Shown one piece after another: positions 53,599-62,799 of a DNA stretch of 64,000 bases. This DNA is from Nitrospiraceae bacterium (lineage in GTDB: Bacteria > Nitrospirota > Nitrospiria > Nitrospirales > Nitrospiraceae), in contig JBFWWG010000009.1 in the NCBI GenBank assembly GCA_050246315.1, positions 32,001 through 96,000 on the forward strand, given 5' to 3'. The first letter of the stretch is position 1. The number at the start of each line of letters is the position of its first letter. A program made the position numbers and the translations under genes. Below the pieces are notes generated by a model. The model searched no databases. It saw nothing but the letters and a program-made list of their open reading frames with translations, and had not been told where the DNA came from.

Positions 53599-53964
53599 TT
53601 ACTTGGCGCCCAGGCTGGCATCGGCCTTGGTCGCGGAGGTCACAGGCGGCTCCACCTTGATCTGCGGACCCTGGACCTGCGGGAGCCGACCGGCTCCTTC
53701 CTTCTTCGTAATGCGGCCGTTATTCGCATCCATGAGTTTCTGCTCGGCGTGCTTGACGGATTCGGACGACTGGAGGATTGCAGCGTCTCCATGACCATCA
53801 TGCTGTCCCGGATCGTTGGCCGTCGGTTGGCCGGTGACCGGGCTCCCGTCGTTCTTCATCGGGTAGCCGGGGTGTTTGGGCAGCAATGCGGGGTTCGCCA
53901 TTGCCGTTGAAAGGGCAAACAGTACGCCTGAAACCATGGCACCGACCGCGAGTAGGATTTTCAT
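53599..53964 (-). CDS. Small secreted hypothetical protein
   Basis: Signal peptide ending AMA, AAGGAG SD, own promoter and terminator. Confidence 0.8.
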   Translation of the reverse strand: MKILLAVGAMVSGVLFALSTAMANPALLPKHPGYPMKNDGSPVTGQPTANDPGQHDGHGDAAILQSSESVKHAEQKLMDANNGRITKKEGAGRLPQVQGPQIKVEPPVTSATKADASLGAK

Positions 53965-54041
53965 GGCCTCAACTCCTTTGAAATAATGAATGATTGAAGA
54001 AACCTGATCGAGTTCGTAGGAAGTCGCGACAAAGCGGCGGA

Positions 54042-54070
54042 ATCATAACGGGCCGAAGGAGGCCTGTCAA
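54042..54070 (-). promoter_or_regulatory. Near-consensus sigma70 promoter
   Basis: Minus strand TTGACA-N17-TATGAT. Confidence 0.7.
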
Positions 54071-54143
54071 GAGCTGAAAGGTGAGGCGGCGAGGAGCCAG
54101 CGGTGGATCGCAATATGGTGAATTCCGCCATTTGAACAAGGGG

Positions 54144-55955
54144 TTAGTGTCGTGGATTCCGCCGGCCTCGCCCGCGATGGCGGAACGGTGGTCGCCGCAC
54201 CATGGCGGGCAGGCGAATGGTCGTGGTCGTCCCTTGCCCCTCGCTGCTCGCGAGGCTGATGTGCCCGCCATGCTCCTCGACGATCTTTTTGACGCTGGCG
54301 AGGCCCAGCCCGGTTCCGCTTCGTTTGGTACTGAAAAAGGGCTCGAAGACCTTGCTCAGATGTTCCGGCGGAATCGGCGCCCCGTCGTTCTTGATTACCA
54401 CCTGCACTTCCTGATGACGGCCAGCCCGGTGCGGACTGAGTCCGATATGGAGCTGGCCGCCTGGGGACATGGCTTCAATTGAGTTCTTAAAAATGCTGAG
54501 GAGCACCTGTTGCATCTTGGCTTCGTCGCAACGAACCGGAGCCAGATGGGCGGCGTAGTCCTTGGTGACCTGAATGCGGGTCACCTCCAACTCGGTCGAC
54601 ACGACGGCCAGGGCATTCTCGATAATCTCCGGTACGCGGCAGAGTCGGCGGTTGAGTTCCAGCGGCTTCGCAAAGTCGAGAATCTCGTTCAGCAGCGCTT
54701 CGATCCGGATCAGATCGCGCATGGCCTTTTCGACGCGCGTTTGTGGATCAAAATCGAGTATGCCTTCGCCCGTGACCTCTTCGAGCTGGGCGCGGATGGA
54801 GGCGAGCGGCTCGCGCAGTTCGGTGGCCAGAAAGGCGCTGAACTCCCCGATGGCGGCTTGGCGTTCCTGCTTGCGGATCGCCGGCTCCAGCGATTCCGCG
54901 GGCTGCACACGGGTCGGTTCCGAGGAGCCCGACTCGGCAGCGGCAGGCAGCGTGGCCGGATTCAAGGGCTTTTGGAATAGATCCACCAGCTTCAGGATGA
55001 TCGGCTCCACGGCCGTCGCATCGGTTGGACCGTACCGAGTGGCCTCCTTTGCGGCGAGCGTCAGAGTTCCTCCTACCTGGCCGCGTACGAAGAACGGCAG
55101 GACGAAGGCCGAGAGGAACCGATCTTTATAGAGGTGCTTGTGGTCGGCGAATCGTCCCTGGGTCGATGCCAGATCATGGTCCACTCGCGGCTTGCGATGG
55201 CGGACCGCCCATCCCGATGCCGAGGCTTCGAGCGCCAGGCGCAACCCCGCCTTGAGGTCCCGCTTTCCGTCGCTTCTTGATTCGCCGGCGACCGCAATGA
55301 CTTCGACTGATCCTGCCAGCGGGTCATAATGGGCAACCCAAGCTCGGTCAAAGGGGAGCACCTGCGCGCATTCTGACAGGATCGCCAGGGCCTGGTCCTG
55401 AATCTCGGGTGTGACGTAGGAGGGGGAACTACTCAGGGTTTCGAGCGCATCACGCTGAGCCGAAATCGGCTCGAGGGAGACCAGCGGGCGGGTCATGATC
55501 ACGGAACCGTCGAAGAGTTGTTCCTTTTCGAGTGTCTTGGTGATGCCTTCGCAGGCGTTCTCGATCAGGGCCCGTTCCTTCCGTTGGAGCGGGGCCTGAT
55601 CCCGTCGTCCCAAAACCAGCGCGCCATAGGTGCGTTGGCGATACCGCAGTGGAACCGCCAGCAGGTTGCGCGAGGAGGGCGTGACCAACTTGAGGCGCGC
55701 GCCGACCCCGCCTTCCTGTTCTTGGGACGAGTTCGCGGCGAGCGTCCGCAGGGTGCTCGACAGGGTGCGAAGAATCGTATGGACTTCCCGCGGCGTCAGC
55801 CCTTTCGACCCGTGTGCGGTCAAGGGGCCGCTCTCTCGGTGAAAGATGGCCGCCAGGGCTGCGTCCACGTTGAGATCGTTCAGAGCGGTGGTGAGCACCC
55901 GCTGCAGCTGAGTCTGTTTGGCGGTGAGGGCGGCTTCGACGGCGGGCGTCGTCAT
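54144..55955 (-). CDS. GAF-GAF sensor histidine-kinase-like protein lacking the H-box His
   Basis: [10 protein letters not shown]-box, KNSIEAM N-box, [20 protein letters not shown]. Confidence 0.85.
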   Translation of the reverse strand: MTTPAVEAALTAKQTQLQRVLTTALNDLNVDAALAAIFHRESGPLTAHGSKGLTPREVHTILRTLSSTLRTLAANSSQEQEGGVGARLKLVTPSSRNLLAVPLRYRQRTYGALVLGRRDQAPLQRKERALIENACEGITKTLEKEQLFDGSVIMTRPLVSLEPISAQRDALETLSSSPSYVTPEIQDQALAILSECAQVLPFDRAWVAHYDPLAGSVEVIAVAGESRSDGKRDLKAGLRLALEASASGWAVRHRKPRVDHDLASTQGRFADHKHLYKDRFLSAFVLPFFVRGQVGGTLTLAAKEATRYGPTDATAVEPIILKLVDLFQKPLNPATLPAAAESGSSEPTRVQPAESLEPAIRKQERQAAIGEFSAFLATELREPLASIRAQLEEVTGEGILDFDPQTRVEKAMRDLIRIEALLNEILDFAKPLELNRRLCRVPEIIENALAVVSTELEVTRIQVTKDYAAHLAPVRCDEAKMQQVLLSIFKNSIEAMSPGGQLHIGLSPHRAGRHQEVQVVIKNDGAPIPPEHLSKVFEPFFSTKRSGTGLGLASVKKIVEEHGGHISLASSEGQGTTTTIRLPAMVRRPPFRHRGRGRRNPRH

Positions 55956-56038
55956 CAGGGGCTCTTGGGACTGGGTGTCAGCATAGTTCACGCGCAGCGA
56001 TGCAAAGTGGGCAATCTTAGCAGCGCGGCCATGAGAAT

Positions 56039-56440
56039 TCAATTGATGTGACGAGGCGGGCGGCGCTCGTGCGGATCCTCCACCCGTACGGCCCGGATCT
56101 GCGTTGAGGTCACGGCGGTGAGGATCGTGGTGACAATGCTGATGACAAGTGCCCCGAGTATGGCGGGCCAGAGCCCGGTCACGATGAAGCCTTTCACCAG
56201 GTAGGCCACGAGTTCCAACAGCACAGCGTTAATGAGGACCATGAACAGGCCGAAGGACAAAAGAATGAGCGGGAGCGACATGACGTAGAGAAGCGGCCGC
56301 ACGAGCGCGTTCAGGATCGTCAAGACCAAGACCGCCGCCAGGCCGGCCGACCAGGACTGCACCTCGATCCCGGGCACGATGCTGATCGCAAGAAAGACGG
56401 CGATGCCCGTCACGAGAATTCGGGTGAGCAATCCGGTCAT
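56039..56440 (-). CDS. 4-TMS 'phage holin family' (YvlD-like) membrane protein
   Basis: NALVRPLL..SLPL..LSFGLF..LINA. Confidence 0.8.
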   Translation of the reverse strand: MTGLLTRILVTGIAVFLAISIVPGIEVQSWSAGLAAVLVLTILNALVRPLLYVMSLPLILLSFGLFMVLINAVLLELVAYLVKGFIVTGLWPAILGALVISIVTTILTAVTSTQIRAVRVEDPHERRPPRHIN

Positions 56441-56489
56441 GGGGTCCTCTGCAGAATCACCTGCGGCACGCCCAACGGTATCGGTGGCG

Positions 56490-56816
56490 CTACTTGGCCT
56501 GAGCCGGTTTGTTGGAGAAGAGCACCTCGGTGGCGAGCAGACGGTCTCCTTGCTTTGTGGTTTCCACCACAACCCGATCTCCGATTTTTGGAAGCGGTCC
56601 GGTGGTGCCGGCTCCGCGCGGGCGGAATTGGGTCTTCTCGTTCAACAGGATCGAGTGTTTCTCGCCCTTTTGCGTGGTCACGTCAAGCTGTGTGCCGGTG
56701 ATACCGGTGACAGTTCCGAGCACATGTTGACCGGACCCGTGGGCTGCGAGATCCGGGACGTGAGCTACGAGCAGATACGCCACGAGCAGCACCGATGCAT
56801 ATTGACGAAATAACAT
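56490..56816 (-). CDS. Small exported beta-rich protein
   Basis: Signal peptide, AHG..QHVLGTVT, KIGDRVVV. Confidence 0.65.
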   Translation of the reverse strand: MLFRQYASVLLVAYLLVAHVPDLAAHGSGQHVLGTVTGITGTQLDVTTQKGEKHSILLNEKTQFRPRGAGTTGPLPKIGDRVVVETTKQGDRLLATEVLFSNKPAQAK

Positions 56817-56847
56817 CACAGGCGTACTCCTTGGTTGTGTGGTTGTG

Positions 56848-57486
56848 CTAATGGCGATGTGAGGGTTGGCTGGCAGCCTCATGGCCATGAAGAAACTGGT
56901 CGAACTCCGCCTCCTCCTCGATCTGGTGCTTGCTTTTGGGATTGAGCTGCTTCATCTCGTCGAGTTCCTCCGGCGTAATCTGAGGCAGGTGGCGGATGAA
57001 GTGCACGAGCTGCCAACTGTCCAGATCCTTTCGGGGATCGCCTTCGCCCCAGCCCGGCATCGCCGTGAACCGCACACCGTAATGGATGGTGTAGAAGAGG
57101 ACACCGTCCGACATGTCCTGGGTGTCGGGCAGGCGGAGATCCGGTGCGGGCGGGTAGACGTTCTTTCCGAGCTTGGTTTGGCCGCTGCCGTCGTTGGCGT
57201 GACAACTCGCGCAATGGTCGGCGAAATGCGCCCGCGCCTCGCCCAACGCGGCGGGCGAAAGCGGAACGGGATTCTGGGCTTCACGCCATTCCTTGGGGAT
57301 CGCCCAGTATCGTGCGGTGCGCGCCGCCCAGATTTCAATCGCGCTGGGTTGCCCCTTGGCGCTGAAGCCGCTGGAAAAGTGGTCGTAAGCCATCCACCCT
57401 GCGCTGGCCAGCCCCACGGCCAGTACGATCAAGAGGAGATACCAGAGCGTCTTGATGGGGTTCAGAATGAAACCTGGCATACGCAT
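56848..57486 (-). CDS. Membrane-anchored monoheme cytochrome c
   Basis: CASCH, PPAPDL, GVRFTAMP axial Met; His-rich tail. Confidence 0.88.
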   Translation of the reverse strand: MRMPGFILNPIKTLWYLLLIVLAVGLASAGWMAYDHFSSGFSAKGQPSAIEIWAARTARYWAIPKEWREAQNPVPLSPAALGEARAHFADHCASCHANDGSGQTKLGKNVYPPAPDLRLPDTQDMSDGVLFYTIHYGVRFTAMPGWGEGDPRKDLDSWQLVHFIRHLPQITPEELDEMKQLNPKSKHQIEEEAEFDQFLHGHEAASQPSHRH

Positions 57487-57601
57487 CGAGCGTGTCCTGA
57501 GAGCGGCACCGATCAGATGGATCGAATATCTGGATCTAGTATAACGGGACGGGACGGGAGCCCGCCACTTTCCGCCTGATCGTGAGACCGTGTTTCCGCC
57601 G

Positions 57602-58480
57602 TCACGTCGCCGTTTGATTATGACGAAACCGCACCACCAACCGGCCGAACAGGCGGAGCAGGGCCACGGTTGTGATCGGAGTATAAAGCAACAGGCCCAT
57701 CAACCCCAAGAGCGATTCGCCGATCCAGAACGTCACGCTCAGGTTAAACAAGAGCACGCCGTAGTACAAGCCGCAACCCAGCAGCACTCTGAGTGTCGTC
57801 GATCTCGATGGTGCCGCCTCGCGATCATCCGGCAGGTTCCGATCGATCACGCGGTAGATGCCGAGCGCGATGACGCCCACGACCACCCATCCGAAAAAGT
57901 TAGCGAGCGGAACGCCGAAATAGACTCCGGCTTCCGGGTAGAAATAAATCTTACCGAGAAACCACCGATCCCCCCGCAGCGCCGCCGGGTCGATGACGAC
58001 GTCGATCAAGGCGAATAGCAAGCAGCTGAGCCCGAGCACCGGCCAGGAGCAGCGCGTGGCTGGCTCGAAACTCAGGGCCGGCAGGAGTGTGCGCGGCTGG
58101 TCCAGTGGCGCTTTATGCTGGATAGACCGAGTCGGCAGGAGGAACCACAGGGCCAGGCAGTAGCTGGCGAACAGCAGAAACGGAAACGAGAGCGAGTCCA
58201 TGAATGGCACATCCCAGAGATACAGTTCTTGTCCCACCGTCGAGCCGGTGTAGAAGTACCATCCGAATGGGATGCCGGTCCTGGTGGACGACAGTTCGCA
58301 CAGCAGGGCCGTGAGCCAGGTATTGATGAAGAAAAATCCGGTGCGCAGCCAGCCGAGCAGGCGGGAGGCCGCGAACAGAAACGCCGCCAGGAACAGGAAG
58401 ACGTAGGGGCGGAGAAGAACTGTCCTGCCGAGTAAGACTAACGTATCCACGATGTCGAAGTGCCCAGCGTCAAGCGGCAT
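57602..58480 (-). CDS. CruF/DUF422-like (carotenoid biosynthesis family) membrane protein
   Basis: E..S..TGIPFG.Y.Y, D.VIDP, YFGVPLANFFGW. Confidence 0.8.
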   Translation of the reverse strand: MPLDAGHFDIVDTLVLLGRTVLLRPYVFLFLAAFLFAASRLLGWLRTGFFFINTWLTALLCELSSTRTGIPFGWYFYTGSTVGQELYLWDVPFMDSLSFPFLLFASYCLALWFLLPTRSIQHKAPLDQPRTLLPALSFEPATRCSWPVLGLSCLLFALIDVVIDPAALRGDRWFLGKIYFYPEAGVYFGVPLANFFGWVVVGVIALGIYRVIDRNLPDDREAAPSRSTTLRVLLGCGLYYGVLLFNLSVTFWIGESLLGLMGLLLYTPITTVALLRLFGRLVVRFRHNQTAT

Positions 58481-58552
58481 TCGTCAATCGCGGAAAATCC
58501 TTGCCCCTACCTGTGCCTGACACGATTGACAGTTGACCATTGACGAATGACC
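58481..58552. repeat. Period-7 GTCA/TGAC repeat between hpnA stop and next start
   Basis: ttgacag-ttgacca-ttgacga-atgacct right arm; tcgtcaatcg left arm. Confidence 0.75.
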
Positions 58553-58559
58553 TCTCTGC

Positions 58560-59546
58560 TTATGCATACCCATGATCTCGGAACCAGCGCACGGCCTTCT
58601 CCAGCGCGATCTCTACCGGAGGCTGCGACAGCCCGAGTTCGCGTACAGCCTTGGAACAATCATAATGCATTTTGTACTTGGCCATCTTCACCCCCTCCAG
58701 CGGAATGCGCGGTGGGCGGCGGGTGACGTAGTCGGCCAACCAGCGATTCAGGTGGGCCAAGGGAAGAATCAGTCCTCGCGGGAGCTTCACGCGCGGCACG
58801 GGCACGCCGGTGAGCCGGCTCAAGATCTCGAAGATCTCCTTCAGACTCAAATTTCTATTACCCAGGATATACCGTTCGCCGATTCGACCTCGGTCCATCG
58901 CGGCCAGGTGGCCGGTCGCCACATCGTCCACGTCGATCAAATTCATGCCGGTTTCGATGTAGGCGAACATCCGGCCCTTCATGTAATCGACGATCATCTG
59001 TCCGGTCGGTGTGGGCTTCACGTCCCCGGCACCGATGGGGGCACTGGGGTTGACGATGACGACGGGAAACCCGGCCTGCGCGAGCTTGAGCACTTCCTGC
59101 TCGGCCAGATACTTTGAGCGCTTGTAGTCCCCGGCCATCTGGGACAGTGAAACCGGGGTCTCTTCCGAGCCGACGCCCCCATTCGGCGGCAGGCCGATTG
59201 CGCCGATCGTGCTCGTGTAGACCATTCGTTCGATCCCGGCCTCTCGGGCCGCTTCCATGAGGTTGACAGTCCCCTGCACGTTGATGTCGTAAAACAACGA
59301 AGGGTCTCTGGCCCACAGGGCGTAGTGGGCAGCGACGTGGTAGACCCGCCGGCACCCCGTCAGGGCCTGGCGCAAAGAGGGACGGTCACGCAAATCGCCG
59401 ATGGCGCGCGAAACGGAAAGACCCTGAAGGTTGCGAAGGTCGCTGGCGGGCCTGGCAAGCACACGCACCTCGCGTCCGGCGGCAGCCAGGGCTCGGACCA
59501 CGGCCGCTCCGACGAAGCCGGTGGCGCCTGTGACCAAGGTCGTCAT
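58560..59546 (-). CDS. hpnA: Hopanoid-associated NAD-dependent epimerase/dehydratase
   Basis: VTGATGFVG, HVAAHY.LW, YKRSK, GDVKPTPTG. Confidence 0.85.
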   Translation of the reverse strand: MTTLVTGATGFVGAAVVRALAAAGREVRVLARPASDLRNLQGLSVSRAIGDLRDRPSLRQALTGCRRVYHVAAHYALWARDPSLFYDINVQGTVNLMEAAREAGIERMVYTSTIGAIGLPPNGGVGSEETPVSLSQMAGDYKRSKYLAEQEVLKLAQAGFPVVIVNPSAPIGAGDVKPTPTGQMIVDYMKGRMFAYIETGMNLIDVDDVATGHLAAMDRGRIGERYILGNRNLSLKEIFEILSRLTGVPVPRVKLPRGLILPLAHLNRWLADYVTRRPPRIPLEGVKMAKYKMHYDCSKAVRELGLSQPPVEIALEKAVRWFRDHGYA

Positions 59547-59550
59547 GGGG

Positions 59551-59723
59551 AGGGCTGAACGCTGAGGGCTGAGTGCGGGGTATCGAGGAAGGGCTGAGTG
59601 CTGGGTGCTGAGTGCTGAGGCGGAGAATGAGGAATCCTGCAATGGACAGACGGGTAAGAGCCGAAAATAAGAAGGACGGTGGCAATCAGCGTCGTCTTCA
59701 ACTCAGCACCCAGCACTCAGCAC
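59551..59723. repeat. Period-7 TGCTGAG/CTCAGCA inverted-repeat hairpin
   Basis: gctgagtgctgggtgctgagt (59593-59613) is the perfect reverse complement of 59701-59721. Confidence 0.9.
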
Positions 59724-60613
59724 TAATTCTTGCGGGCGACGATGTACCGGGCGAGTTCCCGCAGTGAATCGGCCGTCCTGCCGAACGAGGCCAGATGGTG
59801 GGTGGCTCGCTCGACGCACTCGTCCGCGAGCTTTCGCGCGCCGTCCACCCCGTAGAAGGTCGGGTAGGTTTTCTTTCCCCGTTGCGCGTCGGCGTTCGGG
59901 CTCTTGCCGAGTTCCTCCTGCGTGCCGGTCACGTCCAACACGTCGTCCGCGATCTGAAAGGCCAGCCCGATCTGTTCGGCATAGGCAGTGAAATTCGCCA
60001 GTTGGTCGGGCGGGGCGCCGGCGGCGATCGCGCCCATTCGGACAGCGGCACGGATCAACATGCCGGTCTTGTGCCGGTGGATGGTTTGCAGGGTGGGTAG
60101 GTCGATATCCTGATTCTCGGCTTGAATATCGAACACCTGCCCGCCGACCATGCCGAGGTGGCCGGCACCCACCGCAAGTTCGTAAATCAACTGGACTCGG
60201 CGAGGGGCGTCCAGTCCATTCCCGTCAGCCGGCCCGCTACAGAGTTCAAACGCCAGTGTCAGAAGCGCATCGCCTGCCAGGATCGCCATGGCCTCGCCGA
60301 ACACCTTATGGTTCGTCGGCTTGCTCCTGCGGAAGTCATCGTTGTCCATGGAAGGTAGGTCGTCATGGATCAAGGAATACGTATGAACGAGTTCCAGCGA
60401 TGCGGCAACCGGCAGCATAGCGGGGGCTTGGCATCCGAGCGCCTCCGCCGTGGCAAGGGTCAGGATCGGACGAATCCGTTTCCCCCCCGCGAACAGGCTA
60501 TAGCGCATGCTCTCGTGCAACGTGGTCGGTTGGGTCTGCGCGGAAGGGTGGACCGACTCCAGAAACCGATCGACGAGTTGGCGCTGCTGTTCAAGATATC
60601 GGCGTATGTCCAT
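59723..60613 (-). CDS. ispA: Farnesyl/geranylgeranyl diphosphate synthase
   Basis: GGKRIRP, SLIHDDLPSMDNDDFRR, GQ..D, KTG, FQIADDVLD. Confidence 0.9.
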   Translation of the reverse strand: MDIRRYLEQQRQLVDRFLESVHPSAQTQPTTLHESMRYSLFAGGKRIRPILTLATAEALGCQAPAMLPVAASLELVHTYSLIHDDLPSMDNDDFRRSKPTNHKVFGEAMAILAGDALLTLAFELCSGPADGNGLDAPRRVQLIYELAVGAGHLGMVGGQVFDIQAENQDIDLPTLQTIHRHKTGMLIRAAVRMGAIAAGAPPDQLANFTAYAEQIGLAFQIADDVLDVTGTQEELGKSPNADAQRGKKTYPTFYGVDGARKLADECVERATHHLASFGRTADSLRELARYIVARKN

Positions 60614-60787
60614 TGGTTGAATTGATCGATGCGTGCCGGCTGATCGTAGCCGTCCGTATAGGGTAGGTTGGTTCCAAAACGGGATTGATTGCTCAGAGCG
60701 GTCGTGACATGGTGATCTGCCGAGAACCAGCCGATTGGTTGTCGGGAAATCTGCTGTCAGTGCTCGTTCTGCCTTTAAACGCGCGCG

Positions 60788-60816
60788 AGGTTAACAGGGA
60801 GCCGCGCACCTGTCAA
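60788..60816 (-). promoter_or_regulatory. Putative sigma70 promoter for ispA-hpnA
   Basis: Minus strand TTGACA-N17-TAACCT. Confidence 0.55.
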
Positions 60817-60878
60817 ACGGATCAACGGGTGGCGACTCCGACCATGGCTCCATTGTGCGCTCGTTGGTCCCTCGGCAC

Positions 60879-60908
60879 TTGTCATTCAAAAGGGCGGTTG
60901 GCTATACT
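60879..60908 (+). promoter_or_regulatory. Putative sigma70 promoter (leaderless transcript)
   Basis: TTGTCA-N18-TATACT ending 7 nt before ATG 60916. Confidence 0.6.
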
Positions 60909-60915
60909 GCGCCCC

Positions 60916-61185
60916 ATGAGCATTCGAATGGCCGGCGGTGATTGGGAGCCGCTTCTGTTGAATATCGAGCCGCGCCGGTGTCCCATCTGCCAACAGGGTT
61001 TGTATCGCGACCAAACCCTTTTCCGCGGCGGCTGGTCCCGCTGTACGGTCTGTAATGAATTCGTCCATTACAGTTGCCTCGCCAGCGGAAGATTCAGGTT
61101 CCTGAAGCGGCGACCGAGAATCTGTAAGCGGTGCGCCTCCTCGGCGTCCCCCTCCGCTCCCAAATCCGGCAATCAGGCCGCGTGA
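60916..61185 (+). CDS. Small C4HC3 (PHD/RING-v-like) zinc-finger protein
   Basis: CPIC-x17-CTVC-x4-H-x2-C-x15-CKRC. Confidence 0.65.
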   Translation: MSIRMAGGDWEPLLLNIEPRRCPICQQGLYRDQTLFRGGWSRCTVCNEFVHYSCLASGRFRFLKRRPRICKRCASSASPSAPKSGNQAA

Positions 61186-61535
61186 GCCTCTCCATCCCGA
61201 TGTCGCCTGATGTGCCGGGCGGAGCCTCTGCATCGCAAGAGCGATTCGCGACGGTCGTTCGAATCCTACTGGCTCCCGTCATCTGTTGTTGGAGCGGCCT
61301 GTTTACCGCCGATTTTGTTCTGAGCGGGTATTACACGTGGCCGCGAACGAGCCGCGTGTTCGTTCTGACGATCACATTGGTCATCCTGGCCTACGAATTT
61401 GTGTACAAAGAACAGCGGACCCGCGAGGTTCCCGGGTCCGAGGCCCGGGCTCGCAGGGCGGTGCTGTACTCCTGTGTCATTCCGTATGCCGTCGGCGTTG
61501 GGCTGTTGCTTCTGCTGATTTCAGGTCGGTTCTAG
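61182..61535 (+). CDS. Small 3-TM membrane protein
   Basis: GTG overlaps the upstream TGA; three hydrophobic segments. Confidence 0.6.
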   Translation: MSLSIPMSPDVPGGASASQERFATVVRILLAPVICCWSGLFTADFVLSGYYTWPRTSRVFVLTITLVILAYEFVYKEQRTREVPGSEARARRAVLYSCVIPYAVGVGLLLLLISGRF

Positions 61536-61612
61536 TCGGTGTGCACCGGGCGGACAGGACCGTCGCCGAGAAACCCGCTGGCTCCTCTGTCGCGTGAGCC
61601 GATCTGCCCACT

Positions 61613-61987
61613 ATGGCACCTATCTATCAGAGCGGGGCGTTCATCCAGCAATGTTTCGCCGTGCATCCGCTCTGCCTCACGGTCAAACGGTTGGAACATG
61701 GCGAGCGCCTGTTGCTCGGCTGCACGTCCTGCCACCTCACGCATCGTATCGGCCTGCGGACGGTTGTAGCGCGTCTGTCCGCCGTGCCTACAGAGTCGGG
61801 CGAAGCGCCGCCCGTGGGGAGCGAACGGACGGCTGCGGCGGCGCTAGCGGATTGTGCGGCGCAACATGCCCCCGCGCTGTCGGTTCGCCGCTTGGAGACG
61901 GTAGAGGATCTGATGGGGCTACGGTGCAGCGAATGCCGCCGCGTCTACGAACTACACGTCCAAACATTCGAAACGCATCAACGGTGA
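61613..61987 (+). CDS. Hypothetical protein with duplicated C-x3-H...CxxC motif
   Basis: CFAVH...CTSC and CAAQH...CSEC repeats. Confidence 0.65.
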   Translation: MAPIYQSGAFIQQCFAVHPLCLTVKRLEHGERLLLGCTSCHLTHRIGLRTVVARLSAVPTESGEAPPVGSERTAAAALADCAAQHAPALSVRRLETVEDLMGLRCSECRRVYELHVQTFETHQR

Positions 61988-62082
61988 ACGAGAAGATGCC
62001 CCTTGGCGGAGGATTGCACCGGGCGGACGCCGAATCGCATAGCCGCCGGCATCGGTGGGTATGTCGGTGGGTATGATGGACC

Positions 62083-62724
62083 GTGTTGCCGAGTGACGGC
62101 CAGATGCAGGAGCCGCTCGGTTTCGAGCCGGCTGAAATCAGATTGCTGGCCGATCGCGCATTTTTCACGACCAAAGCCAGGATCAGCCGGAGGATCCGCT
62201 CGACGTTGGAACGCCTGCGCGCGCTCCTGCAGGATGAGGTATCACAGACCACATTGCTCGCCCCGCCGGGGTTCGAGCCGACCAAGTCTCAGTTTGTGAA
62301 GGGTGAGCATCTGGAAGCCTGCCCGTATCAGTACCTCGACTATCCCAAGCACTTTGCCGGAGATGAGACGTTCACCTTTCGGACGCTCGTGTGGTGGGGA
62401 CACCATGTCGCCTGTGCCTGGCTTCTCGGGGGCCGGCTGGTGCCAATGTACAAACAGCGCCTCATCGACCGGTATCAGGACTTGGCGGGGCAGAATCTTG
62501 AACTGTCGCTGGCGCCCACCTTATGGGAGTGGAAGCGAGGCGAGGGCTATACCCTGCCGCTCCTGCCCTCCAGCCGGGCTCAGGCCGCGGCGGTGCTGGA
62601 GCGGCGGACTTCGATCAAGATCGCCAAATTCGTACCGCTGGACGATGCGTCGTTGCAGGACGGCCGCCTGGCGGAAGCGGGCTGCGAGGCGTTCCGGCGC
62701 CTCCTGCCGCTCGTCCTGGAATGA
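62083..62724 (+). CDS. Conserved-looking hypothetical protein
   Basis: 213-aa ORF; KGEHLEACPYQYLDYP..F..TFRTLVWWG. Confidence 0.65.
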   Translation: MLPSDGQMQEPLGFEPAEIRLLADRAFFTTKARISRRIRSTLERLRALLQDEVSQTTLLAPPGFEPTKSQFVKGEHLEACPYQYLDYPKHFAGDETFTFRTLVWWGHHVACAWLLGGRLVPMYKQRLIDRYQDLAGQNLELSLAPTLWEWKRGEGYTLPLLPSSRAQAAAVLERRTSIKIAKFVPLDDASLQDGRLAEAGCEAFRRLLPLVLE

Positions 62725-62754
62725 GCCGAGAGTCCGGACGCTGCGGCTCCGGAT

Positions 62755-62783
62755 TTGTCTCGCTCCGCGAACTCCGCTAGACT
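62755..62783 (+). promoter_or_regulatory. Putative sigma70 promoter upstream of the repeated structured element
   Basis: TTGTCT-N17-TAGACT. Confidence 0.6.
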
Positions 62784-62799
62784 ACGCACCACTTTCTGC

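Noticed and set aside
56039..56440. Prophage, suggested by the holin-family gene
   Set aside because: This 4-TMS family is common in chromosomes; no endolysin, integrase or structural genes nearby.
59547..59642. N-terminal STQHSAL-type extension of HpnA (likewise short extensions of NuoF and NuoCD)
   Set aside because: These are translations of the heptamer repeats; family homology starts at the downstream Met.
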